From: Octopus sinensis
Taxonomy: Eukaryota
Direction: 5' to 3'
Assembly: GCF_006345805.1 (NCBI RefSeq)
Contig: NW_021833041.1
Span: forward strand, 62,001-126,000
Length of the DNA: 64,000 nt
Within the stretch, counting starts at the first letter, position 1. Each line of letters opens with the position of its first letter. Of the stretch, positions 37,990 through 50,900 are shown in pieces. Under the pieces are notes generated by a model. That model searched no databases, was not told the origin of the DNA, and was given only the letters and a program-made list of their open reading frames with translations. The position numbers and the translations under genes were made by a program.

Positions 37990-38747
37990 TTTGTACTCAC
38001 CTTTTAAAAATTATAAAGCTTTATTACATGGCTCTGTTGATTCAGCAATATTATGCACACTTTCCAGGTTTTCTTCACCGTCTGTCTCCGTTACAGTATT
38101 TTTCTCAATTGTGTTGTAGCCAGGGATTCCTCGATATCTCTGAAACGGACTAACACCTACGGAAAAATAAAAACAAATTCACCTGTGTATGAGTGAGGCG
38201 TTTGATTGTATAAAAACAAATCCTTTAAGATCAATCAAATCGACTTTAAACCTTTCATTGGGTAAATCAGCGACAATGTGGCTCGAATCGTCATACTGTT
38301 TCGGAGGTACAGCAAACATGCATATATTGCACTCACTTACAACTTAACGAATGATGTTTCGCTTGGTTACAAAAAATCTCCTTCTGCAAAGTGCATCCAG
38401 AGCATTATTCCCACAATGGTTTGTTTTGTGGATTTCTTGAGAAATGATTTTCATTTCTTCTGTGCTTGTTAAAGCTATAACAAGCTTGTGAAGTCAATTA
38501 ATATTTCGCAGATATAGTTTTAAGTCAATGAGAATGAAATTTTCAGCTTTCTTTTTTAGTCAGAATTTTTTTAACTTTAGAAATATCCAAGTCTTGACCT
38601 GCGGAATCTGTACCAAGCACCTCATTAAGGCCATTAGGCTAACATTATTATTGAAACGTAAATTATTATTTTATAGCGGGCTGTCAGTGTTATGACAGGT
38701 GTCACACGGTCTCAGTCTCGGCTCGGTTTCACTCTCCGCTCGCGACA
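37990..38747 (-). mobile_element. Ginger2/TDD remnant with one terminus
   Basis: Terminal ...CGCGACA at 38747 matches the end of the 16062-17886 element; the minus strand encodes CNIC...HIVADLPNERFKVDLIDLK. Confidence 0.65.
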
Positions 38748-39039
38748 TATTGAATCTTGAGTAAGAAAAGTATAAAACGATTTTATTGGGTTTACTCGTT
38801 TAAATATAATTCTCGATGTAGTTAACTGAAATATAAAACTCTGCTTTTTTGATAATCTTCTCATTTCATCATCTTTGATAGGTTTTTTGGAGTAACTAGT
38901 TTCATTAAAGAAAAATATTAAATCTTAGTTAAAAAAGGCCATGAAGACTATGCCTAAGAAAAATTCCCCAATAAAATACTCATTATAGAAAGTAAGAACT
39001 ACTAGAGATAAACAATCATCGAAAATTAGAAACAAAAGT

Positions 39040-39504
39040 TTACTGAGTATTTAAAAGAGCGTAAGCCCTTCGTGGAAAATTTCGCCTTTTGAATTTGTAT
39101 TTAGTATCACGGGCATTTAATTGCTTATCTGTAAGAGCCCTGCGCATTTTACGAGTGAGCTTGGGTCTTAGATCAGTAGGAATTCGTCCCTTCTTAAATT
39201 TTGTATTTTTTAATGCTTCTGTTCTCTTTTGATTCAATACGGTCAAAATACGGGCAATAGACTTTCGGACAACACGTCTAGAATTAGTAACATGCAGATA
39301 TTTACATTCGACTCAGCTTGATATCACTTCCTTCGGTTTCTTTCGAAACTCTGAGGAGACGAAGTTCCTATTAATGATAAAAATGCTTATAACATTCTGA
39401 AAATCCTTTAGGCGCTTCTCTGCGTCAGATTTACTCAAATTTGTAATTTCGTTAGTTCTGATAATTCCCTATAACATAAAAAGTTGTCACACTACACATA
39501 CCAT
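39040..39504 (-). CDS. RPL35: 60S ribosomal protein L35 (uL29), 4 exons, with the ATG alone in exon 1
   Basis: Introns of 33, 26 and 28 nt give MGIIRTNE...ELRLLRVSK...KLSRIRVVRKSIARILTVLNQ...PTDLRPKLTRKMRRAL...FPRRAYALLNTQ*. Confidence 0.94.
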
Positions 39505-39699
39505 CTAGCACGCTTAAATAATTGAATTAATTTTTTAAAAGTTATTTTCAATTATTTATAAATAATTTCAATATAACTTAAGTAAGATTCAATTAATATC
39601 TGTTGTTTATTCTATTAACTAAATTTTTGATTCATTTTTGTCAATAAAAGTGCGTTGTTTATTAGTTTATTGTGTTCGAGTTATCTAATGATTTGAGTG

Positions 39700-39970
39700 G
39701 GAAAGTAATTGTGTATCTGTCTGAACATAGTTGATATGTTTTTACAGGCAGGTATTTTTGCGAGTAATCTCGAGTAGTCCGTAAGAGAGCGATGATTAGC
39801 CTTTTATTACTTAACAGGAGAAAACGATATTAACGTTGTGGGCTGTTCAGAATCTCATTGAGAAATTGTTATTCTTACATTTCTAAATGATGGCTGACGA
39901 GGAAGTGATTGATAAGCGTTGGCGGACTTTGCCGCGTTTACCACGAGCCGGTTGTCCGTCACCCATAGGT
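39700..39970 (-). mobile_element. LINE RT fragment
   Basis: WVTDNRLVVNAAKS resembles the W...N.L.LN..KT motif at the end of LINE RT domains. Confidence 0.35.
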
Positions 39971-41900
39971 CAGGGGTGGCCAACCTTTTTCACCGGCGAG
40001 CTACTTTTCATTTTGCGATTTTTTGGAGATCGACTTATATATTTTAATATCAAAAATTTTATTTTACAATTAAAAATTAATGCGATTTTTGGCATTGTAA
40101 TTCACTTGCGATTATTTCAAATTCTGGCTCGTATAAGCTTATTGCTATTCTCATGCAATCCCCAGATGGTCATCCGTTAAACGTGTCCTGTATTGAGATT
40201 TTATCATTTTCATACTTGAAAATGATGTTTCGGATAATTGTGCTTCCAAAGCATGAAAGAATCGTTGATACGAATCAATCAAAATTGGATTTTTCCTAGA
40301 CATAATTTTCCACATGTTGACATTTGAATGTAATTTTAAAGTGATGTCATTTTTTAGATTTATAATTTCTATTTGACTTTTTCTTCGATCAACGTCAAAA
40401 ATCTTGCTAATTCTTCTGAAATATTTTCGATGTCTACATCCATGAACGGAGAAACAAAGAAACTGCATAATATGTAATTTTTCTTGAAATCGCTAAATCT
40501 GTTATTATTAACTCGTCATTATTTTTTCTAGTACCATAGCAATTCGTTGACATAATGATTTTTATTCACAAGTTGTTTTGTGAATTCATCTTCAATGTTA
40601 GGAAAATGGTAAAATTTTCTTTTCTGATTTGAGATATCCATAATTCCAACTCATTATGAAAGCATTTATTGAACTGATCATATCGTAATATATCTATTCT
40701 TTCCCTGTAATTCTAAATTGAGTTCATTCATTTTGCTGGTAATATCGGTTAAAAATGCCAAGTTTTATTAGCCAATCAGGATTTTCAAGAAAATGCCACT
40801 TGTTGTTTTCTTTAGAAATTCTTTAATGTATGATAATATTCTCTAAACGACTGAGAATAATCCCTTGCTTAACCATCTTATGTCACAATGAAAGGTAGAT
40901 CGCCATAGATTGCATCGACTTGTTCTAGAAAGTCGAAATAATCTTCTTTGTAGGGGCTTGGCTCGGATGGAATTATAATTTTAACTGTTGTCTCCATAAC
41001 ATAGTTGAAATTTAACATTTTCCCACATAATGCATGTTGGTGAATGATGCAATGATATGATAAAAATTTCGGAAAATGTTCATCTTTCCGACAAAATGCA
41101 ATAAATCCATTTTGATTCCCATCATTGCAGGGGCTCCATCTGTTGTTATGGATACAAGTTTCTTCATTAACGGTAATAATTGAATGATAACAAAAACGTT
41201 TTGAAAGAATTTAAATATTTTCACCAGTTGTTCTTTCTTTCATAGGTATAATAGCAAATAACTCTTCCTTGACAGTTAGATCATGGAAGATTAAACGGGA
41301 AAATACACATAGTTGGGCGATATCAATAGCATCGTTTGATTCGTCAAACTGTAGAGAAAAACACGAACATCGTAAAGATCCTTTTTACTGCGAAAGAAGA
41401 TTTTCAGAATGCTTTCAGCCCTTCTGACATTGACTGTTTTGAGAGCTGAAGCTCTTTGATGCAATTTGAAATTTCCTGTTTATTTTTCATACCATCAAAT
41501 AGTGAATCGGCAGCTTCCAAAAACAAGATTTTAAAATTTCCCATCGTGAAAGGTTTTTGTGTTTTACGAGGAGACGAGTCACTCGCAATGATGCAATTGT
41601 GCAGATCTGGACGAATTAATACTTTTTCAAAATTGTATGTTGTGAAAAAAAGATTTTTTTAATTGTTCAACTTTCTCTTCCCGTAATAATTAATAAAGGA
41701 AAGTGTTTGTTGAACTCGGTGTAAAGAATTAAAATGCCGACAAAGATTTCCCCTTTTTGGTAATGAAATGATTTTATTGCATAGCAGTACATGTGCATTT
41801 TTCCATGTGCATCGAAAATATAGTCTTTTTCCCATTTGGCATTAAATTTATATGATTTGGACTTTTTGTTACACCTCATAACAAGACACGTGAAAAATAC
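39971..41900 (-). mobile_element. hAT (GTF2IRD2/SPIN-like) transposon with one TIR missing, degraded
   Basis: TIR CAGGGGTGGCCAACC at 39971 after ccataggt (nnnTAnnn). Transposase FNAKWEKDY, LVSITTDGAPAMMG, YHCIIHQ-like region, SFSSMKMIKSQYRTRLTDDHL. Opposite TIR not found. Confidence 0.85.
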
Positions 41901-42759
41901 TTACTTTAATATTGATAAATATTTTTTTTATAATAATTTAAATACAAAAAAAATAGGTCTTTAATAGTTCGCGAATTCTGAGATTTGCTTCTTGAAAAAA
42001 TTCTAGTTTCAATGAAAATTAGCCAATTTTGAAATTCGCCACAATTTTTCAAAATTTTCAAGAAGCATAACGCAACGTAAGTTTAATTATACGCGACTTA
42101 CAATTCAACAAAAAATCGAAATTTTGCGATTATAAGGTTGAAAATAAACTGTCATCCTATAAAAGAATTGCTTATAGATTTTCTCATTTTTTAAATTAAA
42201 GATGTCGAAAAGGACAATTAACGATATTTTAAAGATGCGCGCACAATATAAAAGTGTCACTTCCTCTATAAAAACCTTAAAACAGCTGAAATATTAGGAA
42301 CTGTAACATTGCAATTTAACCAATGGATTATTAAAACATTTAAATTGCACTTTAATTGCCACAAATTATTTCATCTCAATAAAAATTTCAAAACAAACAA
42401 CGTGTCGGTTAATAAATTCTATAAAAATTTAAATCCTAAGGACACTGTTTTTTATAAAAAATGGCGTAATAAGACATATTTTTGATAACAATTGAAAATT
42501 GCTATAAAAACTGAAAAAAAGATTTTGAAGAACAGTTTATAGATAAAAATTTAATTGTAGAGTTTATAATTAAAACAAAAATTCCTAATACTATTCAAAT
42601 TAAAGAATTTATTTCTAGAAATTATTTAGAAGAAAATGGAATTAGTGAAAGATGTAATTTCGATAATGAAGATCCTGAATTACTTTCAAATAAACAATTC
42701 ATTTTAATTTTGTCTATTTTCAACATATTAAACAGTTCTACTCACACTCAAAAATTATT

Positions 42760-43440
42760 GAATATATTTTTTAAATTAGCCGCAAAAATGACAGAACCAA
42801 ATATGGTTTCACCAGTGAATTGTATAAGCGTATCCGTGTTTGTGTACAGAGTCCTTTGCGCTTTAGCCTTTTTTTCTTTAGGCCACGTAGTGCGCTGTTT
42901 GCATTTGTTTTACGGATTATTACGTCTTGTTTGTCTCCCAACAGAGATCAAAGTTTCTTAACTTTTCTCAAGTGTTCGTCCAGCATAGACTTATGTCAGA
43001 CAAGTTCGGTAAATTCTGTTTTCTCCACATTTACATTGAGAAATTGCTCAGCAAGTCTATTTGGCATCACCTCAAATATGCTTTCCAAAACATTCCTGTC
43101 CAGGAAATGAAATCCACATCGTCTGCGTATGCCCCACATTGATCTTTCCTTTATGGTATGGCTTTAATTCTCTCAATGCTGCATTTAGATGTATGACAAA
43201 CGGCATAGGAGATAACGGATTTCGTTGAAGTGTTCCCGATGTTGTTTCAAATGTCTCAAAGTACTTGTCTTGTACCCTGACCGATAGATAGGTTTCTGAT
43301 AAGAGTGCCCTGATCATCCGGGTAGAGGATTCGTTCAGAAATTCTATAAGGACATCTATCAATTTCCGACGATTGATCGAGTCAAGAGCTCTTGACATAT
43401 CGATTCCGAGAAAGTTTGTAGCATTTTTAAACTTTTGAAT
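42760..43440 (-). mobile_element. RTE-like LINE reverse transcriptase remnant
   Basis: DMSRALDSINRRKL, TTSGTLQRNPLSP, YADDVDF, NVNVEKTE, TRIRLYNSLVKP. Confidence 0.72.
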
Positions 43441-44100
43441 AGTGGAAAATCGTTATCTAGGCAGAAGTCTATCTTCCTTCACAAAAATCGCTATGGAAAG
43501 AGATATACTTCCACACGAGACTTTATTCCTTGCTGCCGAGCTAGTCGTATGCAAACAATTTGTTTGAACATCTTTGAATTATGCTTCTGTCCCTCTTCAC
43601 TTCCGACAATATGTCCGTACCCTTTTACAGGAGTCAGACACTCCTAGAGATAACCCTCGACATGCATCTCTGTTTCTCCCCGCACGCAGACAACCTCCTT
43701 CGCAAATGCGAAAAAGAATTGAACATCCTCCGAACTTTATTCGGTATATGGAAAAAAGAGTCGTACCCGGTGCTGGCAAATATCTACCACCAGTACTTCA
43801 AACCTTCTATTCCCTACGCCTGCGGATCATGGGGCCCGCGGTTATTGTGGTCCAACAGGAGGCAAATCGAGGAGGCCTAACAAAAGGCCATCAGATTAAC
43901 CGATCTAAGGTCTCATAATAGCGAACGCCCCGGTCTAGCTTCTTTGGAAGACCTTATCAAGCTGAATCTAGATCCGTCAGGAAATGCCCCGTCAAAAACG
44001 GCCTGCCGCCTGGTGCGATCTTGTGTGTGCTCGTGGAAAGATTAACGAGCAAAGATGAGGTCGCTGGTCGAGTGCATCGGGATCACGTGACTTTTGTTTG
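43440..44100 (+). mobile_element. LINE post-RT/C-terminal fragment
   Basis: LANIYHQYFKPSIPYACGSWGP (cf. IY..Y.RP...YA...W); GC-richer than the flanks. Confidence 0.5.
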
Positions 44101-44880
44101 ACTCTTATCGTGGTCTTGGCGGTTAATTGCGCACTCTGTTTATGGTCGTTTTTTATTTACCCGAGAATCACCAACAGTTAATTAAATAAATTATGTGATT
44201 CCGACACACAAAGGAAAATCCTCAGCTTTTTTATTTGTTGGAATTTTGAGCCAACACACTTTCTGACGGGGCGCGAAACCGATTTTTTTAGGTTAAGTTC
44301 CTGGAGAACCTCACTATTTCGGACTTATTTCCCATTATTGGCTAATTATAGAAAGAAAGGATTTTCACAATTTATTTGTATTTTGCTAATTTCAAGTTGG
44401 TGTGTACATACGCCACACCATTTTATTATAAAGATTAGTGGGTTTTCTTTGAATTGATTTGTTGCTAAGCAGGAAAATCCTTGTTCAATGATCAAGGATC
44501 CGCTCAGGCCACCATTCTCTCTTCCACAGGCCAAATTACTGCGTGCAATCAGATGATCTCTTCTCATGCCCTGGACCTCCTCAATTGTCTCCATGTTCAG
44601 GCCCTCGACCTGTGAGAGCGGCAAACCTTCTCTGCTCGCATTTTACTTGCTCCTGGTTTTCTACAAAATGGTAAAACCGAAAATCAACTGAATAATTTTT
44701 TTTCCTATAATAAGTTTATTACGAAAAAGAATTCGGTCAAGTGTTGAAAGCTTCATGGACGGGAAAGAAAGACTAAATAATTAGAATTTTTAACAAATTA
44801 AATATATTTTGATATATATTTTTTAATTATTTATATTATTTTATTTTTCAATTTTTAGAGGGAATTTATTTTAAACTTAT

Positions 44881-46988
44881 ATGGAAGAAGTGAGCGATAT
44901 TGAAAAGTCCTTCATCAATATCGGTAAGCTTTTTCATTCAATATTTATTTTTACACAGAATATTCAATCAACGAATTAAATAATAAAATTGATTTTGCAC
45001 ACTTTCAAATTGCTGGTTGCCTTTATTTAAATTTATTTTCAGGTTATAAACAAAAAATTGAGATAACAAAATTAAAATTGTTTCAAATGGATAAAGAACT
45101 GTCTCAATGTAACGAATACATTATTCACTGCAAAAATCAACAGTTTATATTTAGTGAACTTCTAAAAAAGTAGGAAATTTCCTTAATTAAAAAATTAATT
45201 AGTTTCGAACACTGTCAAGAATTCCAAGTTTTTTATACAGACCACTTGAAGAAATTTATATGTGGACGAAATCAAAATACAGATAAAATCATGTAATTTT
45301 TTTGATTTATTATACTACTTTCAATAAAATTATTCATTTAAGAAACGACTCATCAAACTCGATTCAATACTACGAATCATTATGGGAAGAATATAAATCT
45401 GTTTATCAGACGCTACCAGATTCAAAAAGACTTGAAAGCATTCAAACAAGTATAGAGAATATAGACAAACAAATTTCCCTTTTAAACGAAGAAAAGCAAA
45501 GATCAAGGCAACAAATCGATAATTTAAAAAAGAATGATGACACCTCTCAAGAAGATATAAACCCTAATTTCGAGGAAAATATTCTTTTGATGTTTTATGC
45601 TGCTAAAATACTATGTTTAGTGCAGAAATATACACACAATGCGAAGATTATAATAATGAAATAACACTTCTTAAATATCTATACTCTCAAAACAAACCAC
45701 TGCTTTCAAATTACGAAAATGCCGAATTTATCAACAGAAACTACATAACTAATGAAAATCTAACCAAAAAATGTCAAGAAAATTCTCTAGCAACATTAAA
45801 TAAAAATAAAGTACTATTTGAAATTCATACTTTTAAGGATGTATTTTTGCCTCAAAAAGAACAGGCTGTGAATATTTCAAGTAGCTCATACGCAGACACG
45901 AATTTATCTAATTTTTCCGGTGTGAAATATAATTCGAACCAATCTTCTGTAACTTTTGTTCCTAAAAAATCTGATTTAACAATCAAAGAACCGCAATTCC
46001 AGGTAAAATTTTAGTAAAATACTCAAGTTTCTGACTTCCAAGGGGATGAAAAACAATAGACATATTCCCAAATTTTCATTTTCGAGTTTTATAATCATTA
46101 TTAAAATTATCTAGAAACAAACGAAAAATCTGATGAAAGTAACGATATTAGAATACAGAGTAATCTGAAAGACAAATTAAAATCCACCGAAAGCTCAAAC
46201 AAGTTTCAAAATATAAAGACAGATAAATTTATAAATCAAGAACTTAAATTTCCAGAACAACTTTCTGACAAAACAAAAATCAGTTTACAGCATTCTATCG
46301 AACACACGAATAAAATATCAATAAATAAAAATCTTACAATCAATATGATAAAACAACCTAAAAGAAACGAAATTCCCATTTCGTTATCTAAAGCTCAGAA
46401 CACTTCATCCGTTTTACCTCCTAAAAAATTTAATTATTCCCCTATAAAAATTTTAAAAACAAATAAAGATATCCGGGATGTTATAAATTCATCCCCTAAA
46501 AGACAGCCTGCTACAATTCCGATAGTAAACGATCTCTCCAAATCCACTGGAATATTAAAAAATAATGTTTCAAAACATAAAAACAGGCTTAATCTTTCTC
46601 CAAGATATGAGTTTGATGTTATAGAAAAAACGGAAAATACATCTTACAACGCTCCAAAAAGAAAATCAATTATAACAAATAGTCCTAAAAATATGAAAGA
46701 ACCTTACCAACAAAATGCATCGACTGATGTTCATATTGATAATGATGAAAAAATATTTGAAAGTCAAATTATTGAAGACTCTCAAAACTTTATAAATAAT
46801 TTCAAGAATGATAATTCTTTTATGTTATTTGATTTCAACGCTGAAAAAAAATCAGAACCTGAAGAAGATTTATTCGTATTTTCAAATTCGGATGAGGATC
46901 GTGATGAACAGAAATTAAATTCTCGAAATAGACCAAAAAGTTTCAATTTGTTTTGGTGCGTTGCCATTAATAAAATAAATTACTTAGA
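44881..46988 (+). CDS. Multi-exon coiled-coil protein with low-complexity C-terminus; candidate SIX6OS1/C14orf39-like synaptonemal-complex protein
   Basis: GT-AG introns join MEEVSDIEKSFINI|EYSINEL...|GYKQKIE...|FEHCQEF...|INDSSNSIQYYESLWEEYKSVYQTLPDSKRL. Probable end RPKSFNLF*, with TGA split by intron 46956-46987. The gene is well supported; the family identity is tentative. Confidence 0.55.
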
Positions 46989-47989
46989 TAACACAGATTG
47001 TCGATTCGTTTTTAAATACAATCACTTGTTTTTGAAATAAAAATTCTTATTTTCTGTGTGAATTTAAAATTATTAATTTTTTTCAATTGTTCTGACTATA
47101 TTCGACAAAAATGTATGAGTTATCTAGCTTGAATTTACCCGTGCTTATATTAGTAATTTTTTGCATCTCCGCCTCTAGTTCCGTACAATATATTCCACCA
47201 GATTTAAATAATCCTTGAAAGTCCGCTTTTGTAGCGAGGCTTCATTAAGTTTCAATAAGTTGCAATGCCCATAGTAAAAAATGACCACTTTCCCTGCTTA
47301 CCTATAAAAAAATATTTTTGTTTTTTTGTACCAGATTTCTGACATCTCAATGTTAACATTGAATATCAAACGAATAAGTTTCCTTCTACTCTTTGTGTTA
47401 AAGCAGGACAGCAAATTGTAACTGTATTAATCTGTCAAGGATTCGAAGTGACATTCGTGACGGTCAATACAAAAGGCACATTATAATCCTTTGGAAAGTT
47501 ACCTGGCAACCCATAAACGATGATAGAATAAAATTTTTAGGATAGATTTGGAGAAAGATTTCATGAAAAAATAGCTTTGTGGCAAAACATATTTTTTGGC
47601 ACCTAGGAGTCTTCCGTAAGTGAGTTGAAAAAAGTTCTTTAATATGAAGAGTTCAATTTGATATTCCACATAATGTAATTTTTCTGTTTAGATTTTTTGA
47701 CAGCCGTAGCTAAAAACTTTAACTGGCAAAAGATCTGGAACAACACAAAGTTTCCATCTGTTGCTTGAAAATAACATAAAATGGACTCCAGTTAGAGATT
47801 GAAATAATGTGACTCTTATTCATTTAAAAAATGTAGGATTAAAACATTTAATTAAATTTTATTAAAAAATATAATTTTAAATTAAAACATTGTAAGTTTT
47901 TTTTGTATTTTGTCGTGGTATTTATTATTTCCTAAATCGAACAAATTGTTTATTTAATGACTTTTTTAACATAAAAATTAATTATTTTA

Positions 47990-50900
47990 ATGATATTTAT
48001 CACATTTATTTAAAAGTTATGTAATTATTATATAAATATAATGTTTTTAGATTTTTTCTAAATGATTGATCTTTATTCCAAAAAATTTTGGTTTATACGA
48101 GATCTAACACCTTGGATCATTCAAAATTTTGGTAAGAATGTGTCGGAAATGGTATTAAAACTATTCATCACTTGTTAGAACATACCAGCTCACTACACTT
48201 TAATTTCTAATGAAAAAAATGACCAAGAACTAAACATGTCAACCGCTGTTTCACTTGTCCAAAAAAAGAATAGCATAATATTTATTTATAAATCTGATTT
48301 ATTCATTAATTTATTGGTAAATTAAACAACTCGATTATTCTTAGAATAACTCTACAAATGAGCTGATTCACGATATATTATTTAAATTACTGGAAAGAGT
48401 TGTTGAATCGATTGTCCATCCAGTTTATTATATAATAAAAACCCATTTCAGATAAAATCAGATATTCCAATAATTGACTGTTCGCTCATTCTTCACAATT
48501 CGTCATTTTGCACATGTCTTGTTTTCCATAAGTTTATTAATCGTTAGATTCATCGATTTTGTTTGACTATTAATAATTTCCGCGACTTTATTAAACTATC
48601 GTTCAAAGCGATTTTTGATTTTAAACTCATTGTCTCAAAATCTACAATAAAAAAGAATTATTTATATTTTGAGGATCTTATCAACGAGGCGTTAAGAAAT
48701 CACAAATTTCTTCCACAAATTTCAAAGAGCAGTTAAACTATTTATATAATAATTATTTTAGCATTTATTTTCATCACCGACGGCGTTCTTGAATCTACCA
48801 TGTGTTGTCGGCTTGACGAACTTCTTTTGATTATGAATAAGCTAGAAATTTCCTGCTCATTTGTGACAATTGATAATACTAATTATACCGGAGTAAAAAA
48901 CAATTCCTTTTTTGAGTTCATTGCAAGAAGAACGTTTGGATCTGTTTTATATCATTCCGAATTTTTTAAGAAACCGCTAAATAATATTCAAAAAAATCTT
49001 GTCGGGTATATTTATGATCCAATAACTGTTTTTGTGGATGCTGAATATGAGTTATAAATTTATGTTTTAAATTTAGATCAAGTAATTCTCTTAAAATTAA
49101 TGTATCAAATTTAAATTTATTTGAATTTATTCTTATCCGATGTCGACGGGGCTTTCGATTGGGAAGAATGTATAAAATGAGTAACCTTATAATTATATTG
49201 TTTCAGGAGGAATTGATAAAGTAGTAATCATTTTATATTGTTGTTATTCCGAGATTGTGACTGTTATTTTGACAATATGTGTACACAGTATCGAGAAATT
49301 GTCTTGTTTTTTAGAATAATATTTAGAACATTTGAAGTAGAATATAGTGTCTGGGGTTCTCGGGACTTTATTAATTTTTATCAAAATGAAACACTGTTAA
49401 TTAATCCTCCAATTTTTTTCAGTCGTGTGAGGAGTGTGATTCATTCAGAATTATGCTTGTATTACTTATTTTAATTTTTTTAGAATGAATAACGTAAATA
49501 AATTGTATCCGCTTTTTAAGAAATTTTTTTCTAAAAATTTTTCATATTCCAATAAAAAACGTTTCGAAAAAAAGTTTTTATATATTCTAAATTTAGGAAT
49601 CTTTCGTTGAATTATATTTTGAACAATTTGGAATTATTTTCGTTTTTTACTTGCTGATTTAAATTTAGAAAAAACATCAATTTTTTTCTTATTGGTGAGA
49701 ATAAACAACGAAATTATGAACAGATTTGTACTTTGTTTAACAAAATTTTCAATCCAATTAAAATTAAAAATAACATATTTGTGAAACCTTTTTCTAAATT
49801 TTCGTGAGAATTAACATAATTTAATTATATAGAAATAGTGGATGTCTTGCTGATATTACATCACATGAATTTTTGTTTGTAATCAAACTATACTTTCCAA
49901 TTGAACTAAATTTTGATGAAGTCTATGAGGTTTTAAACGGCAACGCATTCTTAGATCACAAGTGAATTAATCTGTACTCTTGAAATCAAACAAAATGATT
50001 TTATTTCAACTTCGAGACCTCTTGATATTCTGATCATTAAGTAATAAAAGTTTAGAAAATATTAGATTACATGATGATTCGAGGATAATAAATGATTTTG
50101 CGCAAAACTCGGCCTTAATGGAATTTTCAGACAAATGCATTAAAAAATATACCTGGAAATGGAGACTCGATATGAACGAAGATTCTTTTTCTAAACATAA
50201 TTTCTTTTTAAAAATGAGAGATCTAATTATTAGGTAAATTTTTTCTTAATCGTAATTCTAAGAGAAAGAGTAACTAGTGACAGGTTTTTTCTTTGTTCAA
50301 GTAAAGAAAACCACATCCATATGTGTCTTCTTAAACATGTATGCTATAAAAATGACAAAACTAAAGATATCCACCGACGATCAACAATTTCTATCTATTA
50401 ATGACGAATTTATAGTAGTTCAATATTTTTTACATCGTCATATTGATGGAATAAACTCAATATTTATTTCGGAACTTTGGTTAGAATTTAAGCATGATTT
50501 TAATCGATATTTTAAAGATCATTCTTATAATAGTTATGCAAATTATGTAAATTTTGATTTTTATATTTTTTAGATTTACAATACTGACCGTGAATGCTTC
50601 ATTTCTTTATTTTCTGCATATTATTTGTTGACAACTAATCAAAAGAAAATGTGACCTATTTGTATTATGTTTGTAGCGAGGAATTTTCGTGTCATACTGA
50701 AAACAAATGTGAACCACTGATAACTCTTTTTTCTCGCGAATTCAACATTATGAGTGTTTTGTATAGATCTGATTTTATTGAATTATCTTTTCATTCTTAC
50801 ACTGGTTGAAATAATACGTTTAAATTTATAGTTTTCGAAAAGAACAACGATAATTTATTCCTATTGTTAATAGAATCACTTAGAGAACTGATTCCAATTG

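Noticed and set aside
44263-44279. Minimal hammerhead ribozyme-like CTGACGGGGCGCGAAAC
   Set aside because: The core should be CUGANGA; the conserved A is missing, and I could not build stems I and III.
47100-47830. Possible small multi-exon gene between the coiled-coil gene and SZT2
   Set aside because: Intron-like segments exist on both strands, but I could not assemble a consistent frame or recognise a product.
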